Translations under genes and position numbers: made by a program
NCBI GenBank assembly: GCA_002269645.1
Contig: NIVC01001550.1
Location: forward strand, 205,307-269,306
Source: Macrostomum lignano
Taxonomy: Eukaryota
Length of the DNA: 64,000 bases
Direction of reading: 5' to 3'
Part shown: positions 11,525 to 23,565 of the stretch, one piece after another
How the letters are laid out: every line of letters begins with the position of its first letter
Numbering within the stretch: the first letter of the stretch is position 1
Notes under the pieces: model-generated
Told to the model about the DNA's origin: nothing
The model's input: only the letters and a program-made list of their open reading frames with translations
Database searches by the model: none

Positions 11525-12260
11525 AGACTTTCAACTCCTAAGACCCAACTCCCAAAACTTTCAACTTCTAAGACCCAACTCCCAAGACTTCCAACTCCTA
11601 AGACCCAACTCCCAAAACTTTCAACTTCTAAGACCCAACTCCCAAGACTTCCAACTCCTAAGACCCAACTCCCAAGACTTTCAACTCCTAAGACCCAACT
11701 CCCAAGACTTTCAACTTCTAAGACCTAACTCCCAAGACTTTCAACTCCTAAGACCCAACTCCCAAGACTTTCAACTTCTAAGACCCAACTCCCAAGACTT
11801 TCAACTCATAAGACCCAACTCCCAAGACTTTCAACTTCTAAGACCCAACTTCCAAGACTTTCAACTCTTAAGACCCAACTCCCAAGACTTTCAACTCCTA
11901 AGACCTAACTCCCAAGACTTTCAACTCCTAAGACCCAACTCCCAAGACTTTCAACTTCTAAGACCCAACTCCCAAGACTTTCAACTTCTAAGACCCAACT
12001 CCCAAGACTTTCAACTCTTAAGACCCAACTCCCAAGACTTTCAACTCCTAAGACCCAACTCCCAAGACTTTCAACTCATAAGACCCAACTCCCAAGACTT
12101 TCAACTCATAAGACCCAACTCCCGAGACTTCCAACTCCTAAAACTCACAACTCCCAATATTCCCAAATCCCAAGATTCCCAAATCCCAAAATTCCCAAAT
12201 CCCAAGATTCCCAACTCCCAAGATTCCCAATCCCCAAGATTCTCAAATCCCAGGATTCCC
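11525..12260. repeat. 30-bp minisatellite (TCAACTCCTAAGACCCAACTCCCAAGACTT), about 20 copies, with a decayed CCCAAGATT tail
   Basis: Tandem copies. Confidence 0.95.
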
Positions 12261-13324
12261 TGCTCTTAATACGGGAGAGGATGGGGGCTTCATCAAGGAC
12301 TTCTGAATTGTATAGTAGACTAGCTCATCTTGTACTTCTAATCGTCCTTGGGCTTCACTTGGCCCACCGTCTGCATTCCGGAATTTGCCGAAGAAATCTT
12401 GAAGACAGATCAATGACAGTACGAGCTACACTCGCTGTTTTTCATTTTCTCATTCGAATTCTCTCCGCACCCCTCTCCGATATACAAAAGGGAACTCGCA
12501 CAGATTGCCTGGCCTCACCTGTTACGAAGAGGAGAGAGGGAGAGGGAGAGGGAGGGAGAGGGGAGAGAGAGGAGGGGGCAAGGTCCGCTCGGTACAGGAC
12601 GGGGTTCGCGCTAAATTATAAAACTTAATGCCCCCCCCCAGCTGTGCAGGCAGCTTTTTATCTTTCCTGCAGCGAGAGGAGGACTTGCCGCTTTTTCCAT
12701 TTCAGCCCTCCCCCCTCGTCTTCTGCTGCGTAACTCTCTGCTGGGCCTGAGCACTCGATGACTGGAGCTTAACTGAATGCGGACCGAGGTTGCGGAGAGA
12801 AAGGGGAGAGAGAGACAAGTAGGGACAGCAGGGAGTGAGGTGGGCTGCGGCCGGTGGCTTCCCTCAGGTTGGGTTGAGCAGCCTGAAAACAATACAGCCA
12901 AAAGCTTTTTATAGGCACAATAATGGGGCGAGTGCAGAGCAGGAAAAGCAGCACTGCACTGCAGTCAGCTCATGCAGCAGAAGCAGCAGCGGCAACACAC
13001 CATGTGTGTGTGGTGTGTGTGTGTGTGTGTGCAATTTTGAATTGAACGAATTGCATTCTATACTAAACTAAACCGCATACCGCCCCTTCGGAATAGAAGG
13101 AGAGGGAGAGTCTGAGGGGGGTGTAACAACTTGTGCTAAAGCTACATAACAAAACTTGGACACATCTTTCTAACAATAAAGCACAATTTGCTATCCTTCG
13201 TAAAAGCTATCCCAGTCGTCTGTAAGTGCGATTAAGACAGCGCTTGGCCTCTGCAATCGCTTCTGCACATTGCAAGGAGCATTTATGGTCTCTGAGCAAT
13301 AGTGTCATGTCTAGTCTGTTAGAC

Positions 13325-13595
13325 TGCCGGATTGTCAGACTGTCGGATTGTAAGACTGTCGGATTGTCAGACTGTCGGATTGTAAGACTGTCGGATTGTC
13401 AGACTGTCGGATTGTAAGACTGTCGGATTGTCAGACTGTCGGATTGTAAGACTGTCGGATTGTCAGACTGTCGGATTGTAAGACTGTCGGATTGTCAGAC
13501 TGTCGGATTGTCAGACTGTCGGATTGTCAGACTGTCGGATTGTCAGACTGTCGGATTGTAAGACTGTCGGATTGTCAGACTGTCGGATTGTCAGA
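13325..13595. repeat. 16/32-bp minisatellite (GTCAGACTGTCGGATT / GTAAGACTGTCGGATT)
   Basis: Alternating 16-mer variants. Confidence 0.95.
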
Positions 13596-14334
13596 GCAAT
13601 TAATTTGATTTAATTTTTTATTAAACAATTTCAGACCACTTTGATCCCAAACACTCTACTACTCTGTCAATAGTAAGTAGCAAATAGCGTATGGATTATT
13701 CACTGTTAAGAGTAATTGGAACTGGCAGAATTCTGTGCTACGTTTTTCGACTAAAAGCTTGCGAATCGAGCTGCTGTTGATGAGTTAAAACCGAGTTCAG
13801 CAGATCATGCGGGGTTGAGCTTCGGTTCTTGAGCACCGAATTAAGAGATAAAGCAGAGATTTTCTTTTAATCTTCTCTCCCCTCATACATTAAAATCCTG
13901 CTTAGCTGTAAAGTTGATGATGCATGCAATAATTGCTATACCATAATCTTCGTGTTAAATAACTGCAGAGATCCCTGTTCCTTACCTAGCCCGGGAATTA
14001 ATCTTTATAGTGACTTCTTAGCTCGGGTTTCATACAGCAATAGATCAAGGAGAATTAGAAGTGGAAACTCGTTTCGGTGAGCAAATATACCAGAAAATGG
14101 CTTTTGATTGACCTTCCAATAATATATTTTTGTTTCAAACTGATTGTTACTATTTCTGGAGGCCTTCTGGGAGCCTAGGGTTTGAGCCTTCAAAAGTTTT
14201 TCCTAGAAACGATGTGTCCCATCCTTCTTATTAGAGGGAACAAAGCCTACCGTCATTTACATGTACTTTAACATGAAAGTATAAACAGCATTTAGGAATA
14301 TTCAAGACAATACGAAAAGTACTCCAGCAAAGAT

Positions 14335-14845
14335 TAGCGAATCAAATGGATCAGTGAACAGTCAGGCTAATTACGGTAACAGTTGCTCTCTCAGGTGTCA
14401 GCCGAGATTACAGAATCAAATGAATCTGTGAGCAGTCAGGCTAATTACGGTAACAGTTGCTCTCTCAGGTGTCAGCAGAGATTACCGAATCAAATGAATC
14501 TGTGAGCAGTCAGGATAATTACGGTAACAGTTGCTCTCTCAGGTGTCAGCAGAGATTACCGAATCAAATGAATCTGTGAACAGTCAGGATAATTACGGTA
14601 ACAGTTGCTCTCTCAGGTGTCAGCAGAGATTACCGAATCAAATGAATCTGTGAGCAGTCAGGATAATTACGGTAACAGTTGCTCTCTCAGGTGTCAGCAG
14701 AGATTACCGAATCAAATGAATCTGTGAGCAGTCAGGATAATTACGGTAACAGTTGCTCTCTCAGGTGTCAGCAGAGATTACCGAATCAAATGAATCTGTG
14801 AGCAGTCAGGATAATTACGGTAACAGTTGCTCTCTCAGGTGTCAG
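14335..14845. repeat. 74-bp tandem repeat, about 7 copies, starting about 35 nt past the pseudokinase stop codon
   Basis: GAATCAAATGAATCTGTGAGCAGTCAGGATAATTACGG...CAGCAGAGATTACC repeated. Confidence 0.95.
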
Positions 14846-14878
14846 TGAGTATCGGATTAGTGACGCCGAGTCAGCTCG

Positions 14879-17800
14879 CTAGCCGAACAAGCTGTACAGC
14901 ACGCGAGACCTGCTGGTGAAGTAGGAACCGACCATCCGGTCAGCGTCGTCACCAAGATTGGTGGCCGGCTTCGAAGGCGTCGGCTCCCTGTTGTAGCCCT
15001 GCATGATGAGGCTGTGTGCGAACCAGAGTCCCTCGGGAGGCTGGGCCATCTCCAGGGCCTCCCAGTTCGTGTTCTTAGGGGTGGCGAAGTTGTTGGATGA
15101 AGCAAAATCGATTGATAGCGGAAAAATTTATGACCTGAATTTACATTAATTTTGTTTGATTGGGGTGTGAACTTCGTTCAGACATCTCAATCGATTCTAA
15201 TCTCTGTCAGCTGGATGTCACATATCGATTCTAATCTCTGTCAGCTGGATGTCACATATCGATTCTAATCTCTGTCAGCTGGATGTCACATATCGATTCT
15301 AATCTCTGTCAGCTGGATGTCACATATCGATTCTAATCTCTGTCAGCTGGATGTCACATATCGATTCTAATCTCTGTCAGCTGGATGTCACATATCGATT
15401 CTAATCTCTGTCAGCTGGATGTCACATATCGATTCTAATCTCTGTCAGCTGGATGTCACATATCGATTCTAATCTCTGTCAGCTGGATGTCACATATCGA
15501 TTCTAATCTCTGTCAGCTGGATGTCACATATCGATTCTAATCTCTGTCAGCTGGATGTCACATATCGATTCCTGTACGTGGGGCCAAAAGCAGTGCAAAT
15601 GTCTAACTTAATGCGTGTACGCTCGTACTCACAATGAAATAGTTGTGCTCCATCATGAGCTGATAGCCTTTGAACTCGAACTCTCCGTAACCGGCATCGA
15701 GGTAGAAGTCGTTGCTAAAACCCGAACCCGAGGATTTAGGCTTTTGGGCGTTTTTCCCCGCCAATGAGGCCGAACAGTTCGTCTGGGGCATCAGCGCTGA
15801 TTTTCCCGGGCCAAGCGGCATCGGACGGCCTTCGTCGTCAAAATCGAGGCGCCATGACAGATGCTGTCCGGCCACTGGCGGCCGTTTTGGCAGCGGCCTC
15901 GCAGCCAGCCGAGGCTTCGGCAACGGCGGCGTCGAGTGCTGCGTGGCTGGCACGAGACCGACAGTCTGCGGCTTGGCGCGCTTCGACCGATGCCCGGCCG
16001 GCAGCTGAGGAGTCGGCTCCAGCATCGACCCGGACTCTGACACGGATGCTGATTTCGGCGTGCCGCCATTCTCGGCGTCCGCTGTTGCGGATAGCGGCGT
16101 CTTCCAGGACTCCCTGATTGATTTCATTGAAGCCGTGGACCAACCTTTCAGACGCCCTTTCGAAGCCTGGTCGAAGTACATGGACGAGCTCACTCGTGCC
16201 CGCTGCAACTCCTGCCTGCGCTGCCAGAGGCGCTCGTTTTTTTGCCTCCTTGATGGCGTCCCGCTGAGCGAAGTTGCCGGCGGCGCCCTGACTGCCACCG
16301 AAGCCGGTCATGGCTGTGCCGGCCGCAAACGAACTGGCCGCGCCCATGGATGCTCGAGAAATTCGAATCTGCCCGACCGCGTCGCTGTCGCTTTCGAAGC
16401 CTTCAAAATCATCAACTGGATCAATGAATTGGCTGGAGACGCGCGAATAGCCGGCCAGTTGGCTGGCGCTGCGCATCAACTCCAGCTCCAGTATTTTCTG
16501 TGCGCGGGTAAGCGGATACGGAGTCTATCATTGTCGGGGGTATTATTGACACATTGAAAGGCAGCTAACCGAGATTAGACAGAGCCGGACACCAACTTCT
16601 AATAGCTTCCCAGCCGTTATAGCTTCTTTATTAGCAAAATTTTAGCCTAGTGGTTAGAGCGTCGGACTCACGACTGAAAGACACTCAACTCTGCATTGCT
16701 TCAGCTCACCCAGCTGTAAAATGGGTGCCAGTATTAGCTGGGATAATTGAGGGTGTATGTGGCGACCCCCCCTCCCCCCAGTCCTTGGACTGAGCAGCCG
16801 TACGCAGCCTTCAGATGCGCCGCGCAATAGCTGCGGCTGAGCTGTCGGTTGCACATCTGCCCATTGGGACAGGTGTAATCAATTATTATTATCATATTAT
16901 TAACATAGCTCGTACAACACTACGCATTGCTACGAAGATATCTAAAACTTACTTCCTCTTCAGCTCTAGGAATGCGACTCCACGAGTAGCACAGGTCGGC
17001 TTCCATCCAGCTGGGCTGAAGACTCTCCAGTATTCGGCGCATCGCCTCCTTGGTGACAATTTTGTTCCTGATGTAGCGAACGAGCGCTCCGAAATTGTGA
17101 CAATCGCAGAGCTTCGGGTCCATGCACTCGGCCGTGAGGCGACACTTTGGACAGATGCCAACAAACACGTCCCTGCGCCTGTGGTCGTCGGCAGTTGAAT
17201 GCATGTGAGAGATGCTGAAGTGTCGAATATTGTCGCAGTGCAGAACTCCCAGCATAGCGGCGTATCGCAGAGCGTCCAGCTGGTGAGAAGCTTCGCCGAT
17301 TTTTTCGCAAAGCGACGTGTCGAAATCGGTAATCTGCGGCCGACCATAGTAGTCGAGCGCGATGCTGCACAGAGACAGATTGCCGTGATAGATGCAACTG
17401 TGGCGCATGAACTCCAAGCCCAGCAGAATGCAGGCGGCGTAATAGCGTACGCTATTGTGCGAGAGATGCACCACTAGCTTCTTGAGGTCGCTCAGGTACA
17501 TGTTCGGTGGCAGGGGAGCAATGACGAGCATGTCCCGTTGATGAAGTCTAGCCGCCACTACTGGCTGTACAAACGCTGTCATTCTGGCTAGGTCCGTTTG
17601 CACCTTAAAAACCGCTTTAAAACTCTTTATTATCCTCTTGCTCTCTTCGTCATCCCATTCGCGTAAAGATCGACTAGTGCACGCGTACCGGACGCCAGTG
17701 TCGGTGCAGCGAACGCATCTGCAAATCGAGGAGCCGAGGAGAATTAGGCGTATCAGGTGACTTACCGATCGGTTGCTTAATAATCTAGTCAAAGGTGCGC

Positions 17801-18317
17801 TGAAGAGGGGCACCGATTGAGGCTCTGAAGTGGGTCTAAAGTCGTGTTTAATGTGACCTAAGAGTCTTGTCCTGCGGTAAAGTGTCAAAAGGATGTAACT
17901 TGGTCTCGAAAGTGTATTCGAGTAAGCTGCCCATTGATGGTCAATTGATTCTTCGACGCTATGTGTATAGACTTTAAGGCTTTGGTGGAGTGGACGGACA
18001 ATTGATGGTGGACAAGCAATGGAGCACATGGCTATAATGTTATTTTAGTTAACTCTGCTATCTGCCATATGACTTGCTCAGACCTACCGAGTTCCATTCT
18101 GGACGCTCTGCCGGTGGTCCAGCCAGAAATCTCGCGTCATGTGCCTCAGATCGAATGAGCCGTCAACCAGCAGGATTCGACTTTTACGACGCTGCTTGCG
18201 TGAGTCAACGTCCATATCGCTGGATAGGCTGTAACTGAAATCAATGCTTTTTGAAGTCTTTGAACTCTGGTTCGGCTTTTGCTTTGCGTCACGTTTTGGC
18301 GAGATTTCTCCCGACAT
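14879..18317 (-). CDS. Tandem GRK/AGC-derived pseudokinase with two degenerate kinase domains; exons about 18317-18088, 17871-16953, 16497-15633 (needs a frame correction near 15840-15880), 15073-14879
   Basis: Domain 1: VRCTDTGVRYAC and VRYYAACILLGLEFMRHSCIYHGNLSLCSIALDYYGRPQITDFD align to GRK subdomains I-VII. Domain 2: FERASERLVHGFNEINQGVL, AEASAGCE and DDEGRP. The spliced junction gives EHNYFI|NTNWEALE, matching the AGC tail HPFF..I.W..L. GT-AG sites are in phase. The exon 2 acceptor and the start codon are uncertain. Confidence 0.65.
15191..15570. repeat. 34-bp minisatellite (TCGATTCTAATCTCTGTCAGCTGGATGTCACATA), about 11 copies, last intron of the pseudokinase
   Basis: Perfect tandem copies. 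Confidence 0.95.
16643..16865 (+). mobile_element. tRNA-derived CORE-like SINE, copy 1 (B-box region deleted), in a pseudokinase intron
   Basis: A-box TAGCCTAGTGG and tRNA-like head. The segment GACACTCAACTCTGCATTGCTTCAGCTCACCCAGCTGTAAAATGGG resembles the MIR/CORE domain. The 3' 87 nt differ at one position from the copy at 30156-30375. Confidence 0.8.
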
Positions 18318-19205
18318 TTTGACTTCTGGCTTCTTTTTTGGTGCAATTCTCTGCTTTAATAAGAAAACTGACACTGATTTCTATGAGCCTACGAGTCGTA
18401 CCTGAGCTTAATCAAAATCTGTTTTATTTCAATCAGTTCACAGACTGTTTGTCAATCAAACTGGGATCGAAGAAAGGGATCGATTCCCACGCACAGACAA
18501 AAGAGAGCGGATGAAGAAGCCGTCTATGGTTGCGCGCAGCTATTAATAGAAAATATCGATAAACACAAGGAACTTTATACCCCGGTGACAGTGCGGTGCT
18601 TTTTCTCTCTGACTTTGCAAAACGTCACGGAGTCTTACACCATATCAGGGGCAGTGCAGCTGGCTCTCTGGTGAACGCGACTGGCTCTCGCGCCACGGAC
18701 CCTAATTTGAAAACGCATTTGTTTGGCGCTTGTGAGCGAAAACTGGGTTTTCGCACCCATGAGGGCACAGAGTGTGCCTGTGCTCAGGAGCCAGTGGAAT
18801 GGGAAGAATTGCCTCAGCACTGGCTGTTGAGTGCTGTGAGTCACCGAAGGTGCTGCGCCAGGGGTGCCCGCAGCCTTCCTGCCAATACTTTATTGTACCC
18901 GATCGTATGCTTTTTAGAAGTCCTTGTGTGCGCATGCAGCTCACAGAATCATAGACAGCAGATCTTATTATAGCAGCTTGTATTGTGATGAAACTTACGG
19001 CTCGTACAATAACTAAGACCTCGTGCAGAAACATGATCAAAGTTTCTAGACGATATTTCCGATGAAGCATGACGAACTTTCATGAGTCACATGCTCCAGG
19101 GCACAGAACACAGTGCAGGCATATGAGAGAATTTCATACAAAAAACGCTTACATACTTGTAGGACTACAGAGAGCAGAGGCTGCAGACGGGGGTCGGAAT
19201 TGCTC

Positions 19206-19387
<182 letters not shown>

Positions 19388-19684
19388 CCCTGATGCTCAT
19401 TAGGTTAATGAAAATAGCAGGAACGTTATCCATAATTGCTCATATTAGCAAGTTTAAGCGCCATCTAAATGTCGAAAATCACGCACTTTAAATTCTGTTT
19501 CTAATGAAAGTGAAAAGACGCAAGTGAATTCAGAAAACGGAATTTTTTATTTTTTATTAGACTATTTTTGGATTAACTGTAGCGAACGGATAAGCATAGT
19601 AAACAATACTGTCTGAATTTTCCAGCAAATGCCAAGCTAAGGTATGTGCAGGTGTCAAAGAGTCAGAAGGCGAGGCTGAGAGGG

Positions 19685-19870
19685 TGCCAGTGGGGTAGAG
19701 GGCAGGGAAGGTGATTGTCGGTGGGTAGAGGGCATGGGGTTGTAGGTGTCAGTGGGGTAGAGGGTAGGGGGGATGGGTGTCGGTGGGTAGAGGGCAGGGG
19801 TAGGTGGGTGTCGATTGGTAGAGGGCAGGGGAGGTGGGTGTCGGTGGGTAGAGGGCCCGGATAGGTGGGT
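19685..19870. repeat. Decayed G-rich repeat of about 30 bp (GTGGGTGTCGGTGGGTAGAGGGCAGGGG) just past the NHL stop codon
   Basis: About six diverged copies. Confidence 0.8.
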
Positions 19871-19901
19871 ATCGGAGGGAGAGGCTGGAATCCCGAGAAA
19901 C

Positions 19902-22900
19902 TTAATAATCACGCTGGCCGTTGGCCTCGACCCCGGCTGGCACCTGTGGCAGCTGTCGCTGGACTCGCTTGGGCCGCCGGCGGGGCTGCCCAACTCGATG
20001 TGCCTCAGTTTCCTTTGTCGCCGAATCATCCTGGCCCTCGAACAATGCGGCGGTCTCCTGACCGCATCCGCCTCCGCCGCCGCTGTCATTGTCCTCCAGC
20101 GACACGAACGGCTGCAGCAGGTCAGCCGAGTGGTGCAGCAGCAGCAGGTAGCCCCGGCCCTCCGGGTGCGGCTCCAGCACGGCTACGCACCGCCGGTGCG
20201 GCACGTAGGCGAGGCTGGCCGGGGCCCGCAGGCCGTCGTGCCGGTCCATCAGGCCGCACAGCCGGCCGCTCGGCAGCAGGAGGCCGACGCAGGCGCCAGC
20301 CGCCACCAGCACGTTCCCGTCGTGGTCGGCGGCGACTCCGGCCACTTCCGGTCGGGGCTCGCTGAGTAGCCGGAAGCCCTCGCTGGGACAGTTGCGCAGC
20401 GGCCGGCCGCCGAAGCTGAAGATCTTCACCGAGGCGAAGTCGGCCACGACGATTCGACGATCGAGCGTCACCGCCACGGACTCCGGCCGCGTCAGCTGGG
20501 CGGGGCCGTCGCCCGGCTCGCCGAATTGACTGCGCAGGTTGCCATTGGCGAAGAGCACCACGATGCGGTGCCGAGCGCGATCGGACAGCACGAAGTAGTC
20601 GCTCTGGGTCACCGCCAGGCCTCTCGGCTCGAGCGGCTGGTGGCGCGGCTCGCCCGGCAGCAGCTTCAAGAAGTCGCCCTGCCTGTCGAACAGTTTTGCC
20701 AGATTCTGAACGGTGTCAGTCAGGGCGATGCAGCCGCTGCTGGTTATCGCGACGGCGAACGGCGCGTTCACGCTGTCCTCCTGCTGGCCGGGGCAGCCGA
20801 AGCACAGCTTCACGAGGCCGCGGTCGCTGACCACCACGATGCGGTGGTTGCCGGAGTCCGCCACCGCAAAGTCACCTGCGGGTTGGCGACGGGGACTTTG
20901 CTCCTTTAGAATGTCCTGCTCTGCTCTGCAATATCCTGTATCCTGCCCTGCTCTGCAATATCCTGTATCCTGCCCTGCTCTGCAATATCCTGCTCTGCTC
21001 CGCAATATCCTGCCCTGCTCTGCAATATCCTGACCTGCTCTGCAATATCCTGCCCTGCTCTGCAATATCCTGCCCTGCTCTGCAATATCCTGTATCCTGC
21101 CTTGCTCTGCAATATCCTGTATCCTGCCCTGCTCTGCAATATCCTGCCCTGCTCTGCAATATCCTGCCCTGCTCTGCAATATCCTGCTCTGCTCCGCAAT
21201 ATCCTGCCCTGCTCTGCAATATCCTGCCCTGCTCTGCAATATCCTGCCCTGCTCTGCAATATCCTGTATCCTGCCCTGCTCTGCAATATCCTGCCCTGCT
21301 CTGCAATATCCTGCTCTGCTCCGCAATATCCTGCCCTGCTCTGCAATATCCTGCTCTGCTCTGCAATATCCTGCCCTGCTCTGCAATATTCTGAACTGCT
21401 CTGCAATATCCTGAACTGCTCTGCAATATCTTGAACTGCTCTGCAATATCCTGCCCTGCTCTGCAATATCCTGCTCTGCTCTGCAATATCCTGCCCTGCT
21501 CTGCAATATCCTGCCCTGCTCTGCAATATCCTGCCCTGCTCTGCAATATCCTGCTCTGCTCCGCAATATCCTGCGCTGCTCCGCAATATCCTGCTCTGCT
21601 CCGCAATATCCTGCCCTGCTCTGCAAGGTGCTCTGCTCTGCAATATCCTGCCCTGCTCTGCAATATCCTGAACTGCTCTGCAATATCCTGAACTTCTCTG
21701 CAATATCCTGTTCTTTTCTGCAATATCCTGCTCTTCTCTGCAATATCCTGAACTGCTCTGCAATATCCTGAACTGCTCTGCAATATCCTGCTCTGCTCTG
21801 CAATATCCTGCTCTGCTCTGCAATATCATGCTCTGCTCTGCAATATCCTGCTCTGTTTTGCAATATCCTGCTCTGCTCTGCAATATCCTGCCCTGCTCTG
21901 CAATATCCTGAACTGCTCTGCAATATCCTGCCCTACTCTGCAATATCCTGAACTGCTCTGCAATATCCTGAACTTCTCTGCAATATCCTGAACTGCTCTG
22001 CAATATCCTGCCCTGCTCTGCAATATCCTGACCTGCTCTGCAATATCCTGCCCTGCTCTGCAATATCCTGCCCTGCTCTGCAATATCCTGTATCCTGCCT
22101 TGCTCTGCAATATCCTGAACTGCTCTGCAATATCCTAAACTGCTCTGCAATATCCTGAACTGCTCTGCAATATCCTAAACTGCTCTGCAATATCCTGAAC
22201 TGCTCTGCAATATCCTAAACTGCTCTGCAATATCCTGAACTGCTCTGCAATATCCTAAACTGCTCTGCAATATCCTGAACTGCTCTGCAATATCCTGAAC
22301 TGCTCTGCAATATCATGCTCTGCTCTGCAATATCCTGCTCTGCTCTGCAATATCCTGCTCTGCTCTGCAATATCATGCTCTGCTCTGCAATATCATGCTC
22401 TGTTTTGCAATATCCTGCTCTGCTCTGCAATATCCTGCTCTGTTTTGCAATATCCTGCTCTGCTCTGCAATATCCTGCTCTGCTCTGCAATATCATGCTC
22501 TGCTCTGCAATATCCTGCTCTGTTTTGCAATATCCTGCTCTGCTCTGCAATATCCTGCTCTGTTTTGCAATATCCTGCTCTGCTCTGCAATATCCTGCTC
22601 TGCTCTGCAATATCCTGCTCTGCTCTGCAATATCCTGCCCTACTCTGCAATATCCCGAACTGCTCTGCAATATCCTGAACTTCTCTGCAATATCCTGAAC
22701 TGCTCTGCAATATCATGCTCTGCTCTGCAATATCCTGCCCTGCTTTGCAATATCCTGCCCTACTCTGCAATATCCCGAACTGCTCTGCAATATCCTGAAC
22801 TTCTCTGCAATATCCTGAACTGCTCTGCAATATCCTGCCCTGCTCTGCAATATCATGCTCTGCTCTGCAATATCCTTAACTGCTCTGCAATATCCTGAAC

Positions 22901-23565
22901 TGCTCTGCAATATCATGCTCTGCTCTGCAATATCATGCTCTGCTCTGCAATATCCTGAACTGCTCTGCAATATCCTGAACTGCTCCGCAATATCCTAAAC
23001 TGCTCTGCAATATCCTGAACTGCTCTGCAATATCCTAAACTGCTCTGCAATATCCTGAACTGCTCTGAAATATCCTAAACTGCTCTGCAATATCCTGAAC
23101 TGCTCTGCAATATCCTGCCCTGCTCTGCAATATCCTGAACTGCTCTGCAACATCCTACTCTGCTCTGCAATATCCTGCTCTGCTCTGCAATATCCTGAAC
23201 TGCTCTGCAACATCCTACTCTGCTCTGCAATATCCTGAACTGCTCTGCAACATCCTACTCTGCTCTGCAATATCCTGAACTGCTCTGCAATATCCTGAAC
23301 TGCTCTGCAATATCCTGCTCCCGCCCTCACCTCCAAGCGTGACCGCCAGGCCGCGCGGCTGCCTAAGCGCGTTGCGCCCGGTCGGCGCGATTCGCACGAG
23401 CAGCCCGGCGCCGCCAACAGCCGGTAGCGGCGGCTCCGGCGGCTGCGGCTGCGACCGCTGCTGACCGACCGAGGCCGCCGCCCCAGCCAGGCGCCCGATC
23501 ATCCATTTCGTCTTGCCGGCGAAGGCTTCGGCAAAGCCGCCCAAAGTCTGGCGCATCGACTCCAT
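19902..23565 (-). CDS. NHL-repeat six-bladed beta-propeller protein; exons 23565(or 23814)-23331 and 20875-19902
   Basis: The phase-1 GT-AG splice joins LRQPRGLAVTLG|GDFAVADSGNHRI, a canonical NHL blade. Five more blades follow (PFAVAIT, PRGLAVT, PESVAVT, VAGVAAD, PASLAY). The ATG at 23565 has a strong ACCATGG context. Confidence 0.8.
20905..23320. repeat. 20-bp minisatellite (TGCTCTGCAA+TATCCTGCCC and variants), about 2.4 kb, filling nearly the whole NHL intron
   Basis: Tandem 10+10 units with variant blocks. Confidence 0.97.

Noticed and set aside
15074-15135. Alternative last-exon start giving HKFFR-SIDF with a frameshift
   Set aside because: The acceptor at 15074 gives an in-frame HNYFINTNWEAL junction without needing a frameshift.
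16779-16865. HDV-like or hammerhead ribozyme in the SINE tail
   Set aside because: The helix order is partly similar, but no P3/L3 (UCC.CG) or CUGAUGA/GAAA cores were found. It is kept only as a possible pseudoknot.
18702-19070. 122-aa minus-strand ORF upstream of the pseudokinase
   Set aside because: No recognisable motif and no convincing in-phase splice link.
20905-23320. N-terminal part of the 673-aa ORF and overlapping ORFs
   Set aside because: This is the intronic 20-bp array; GT-AG splicing removes it and restores an NHL blade.
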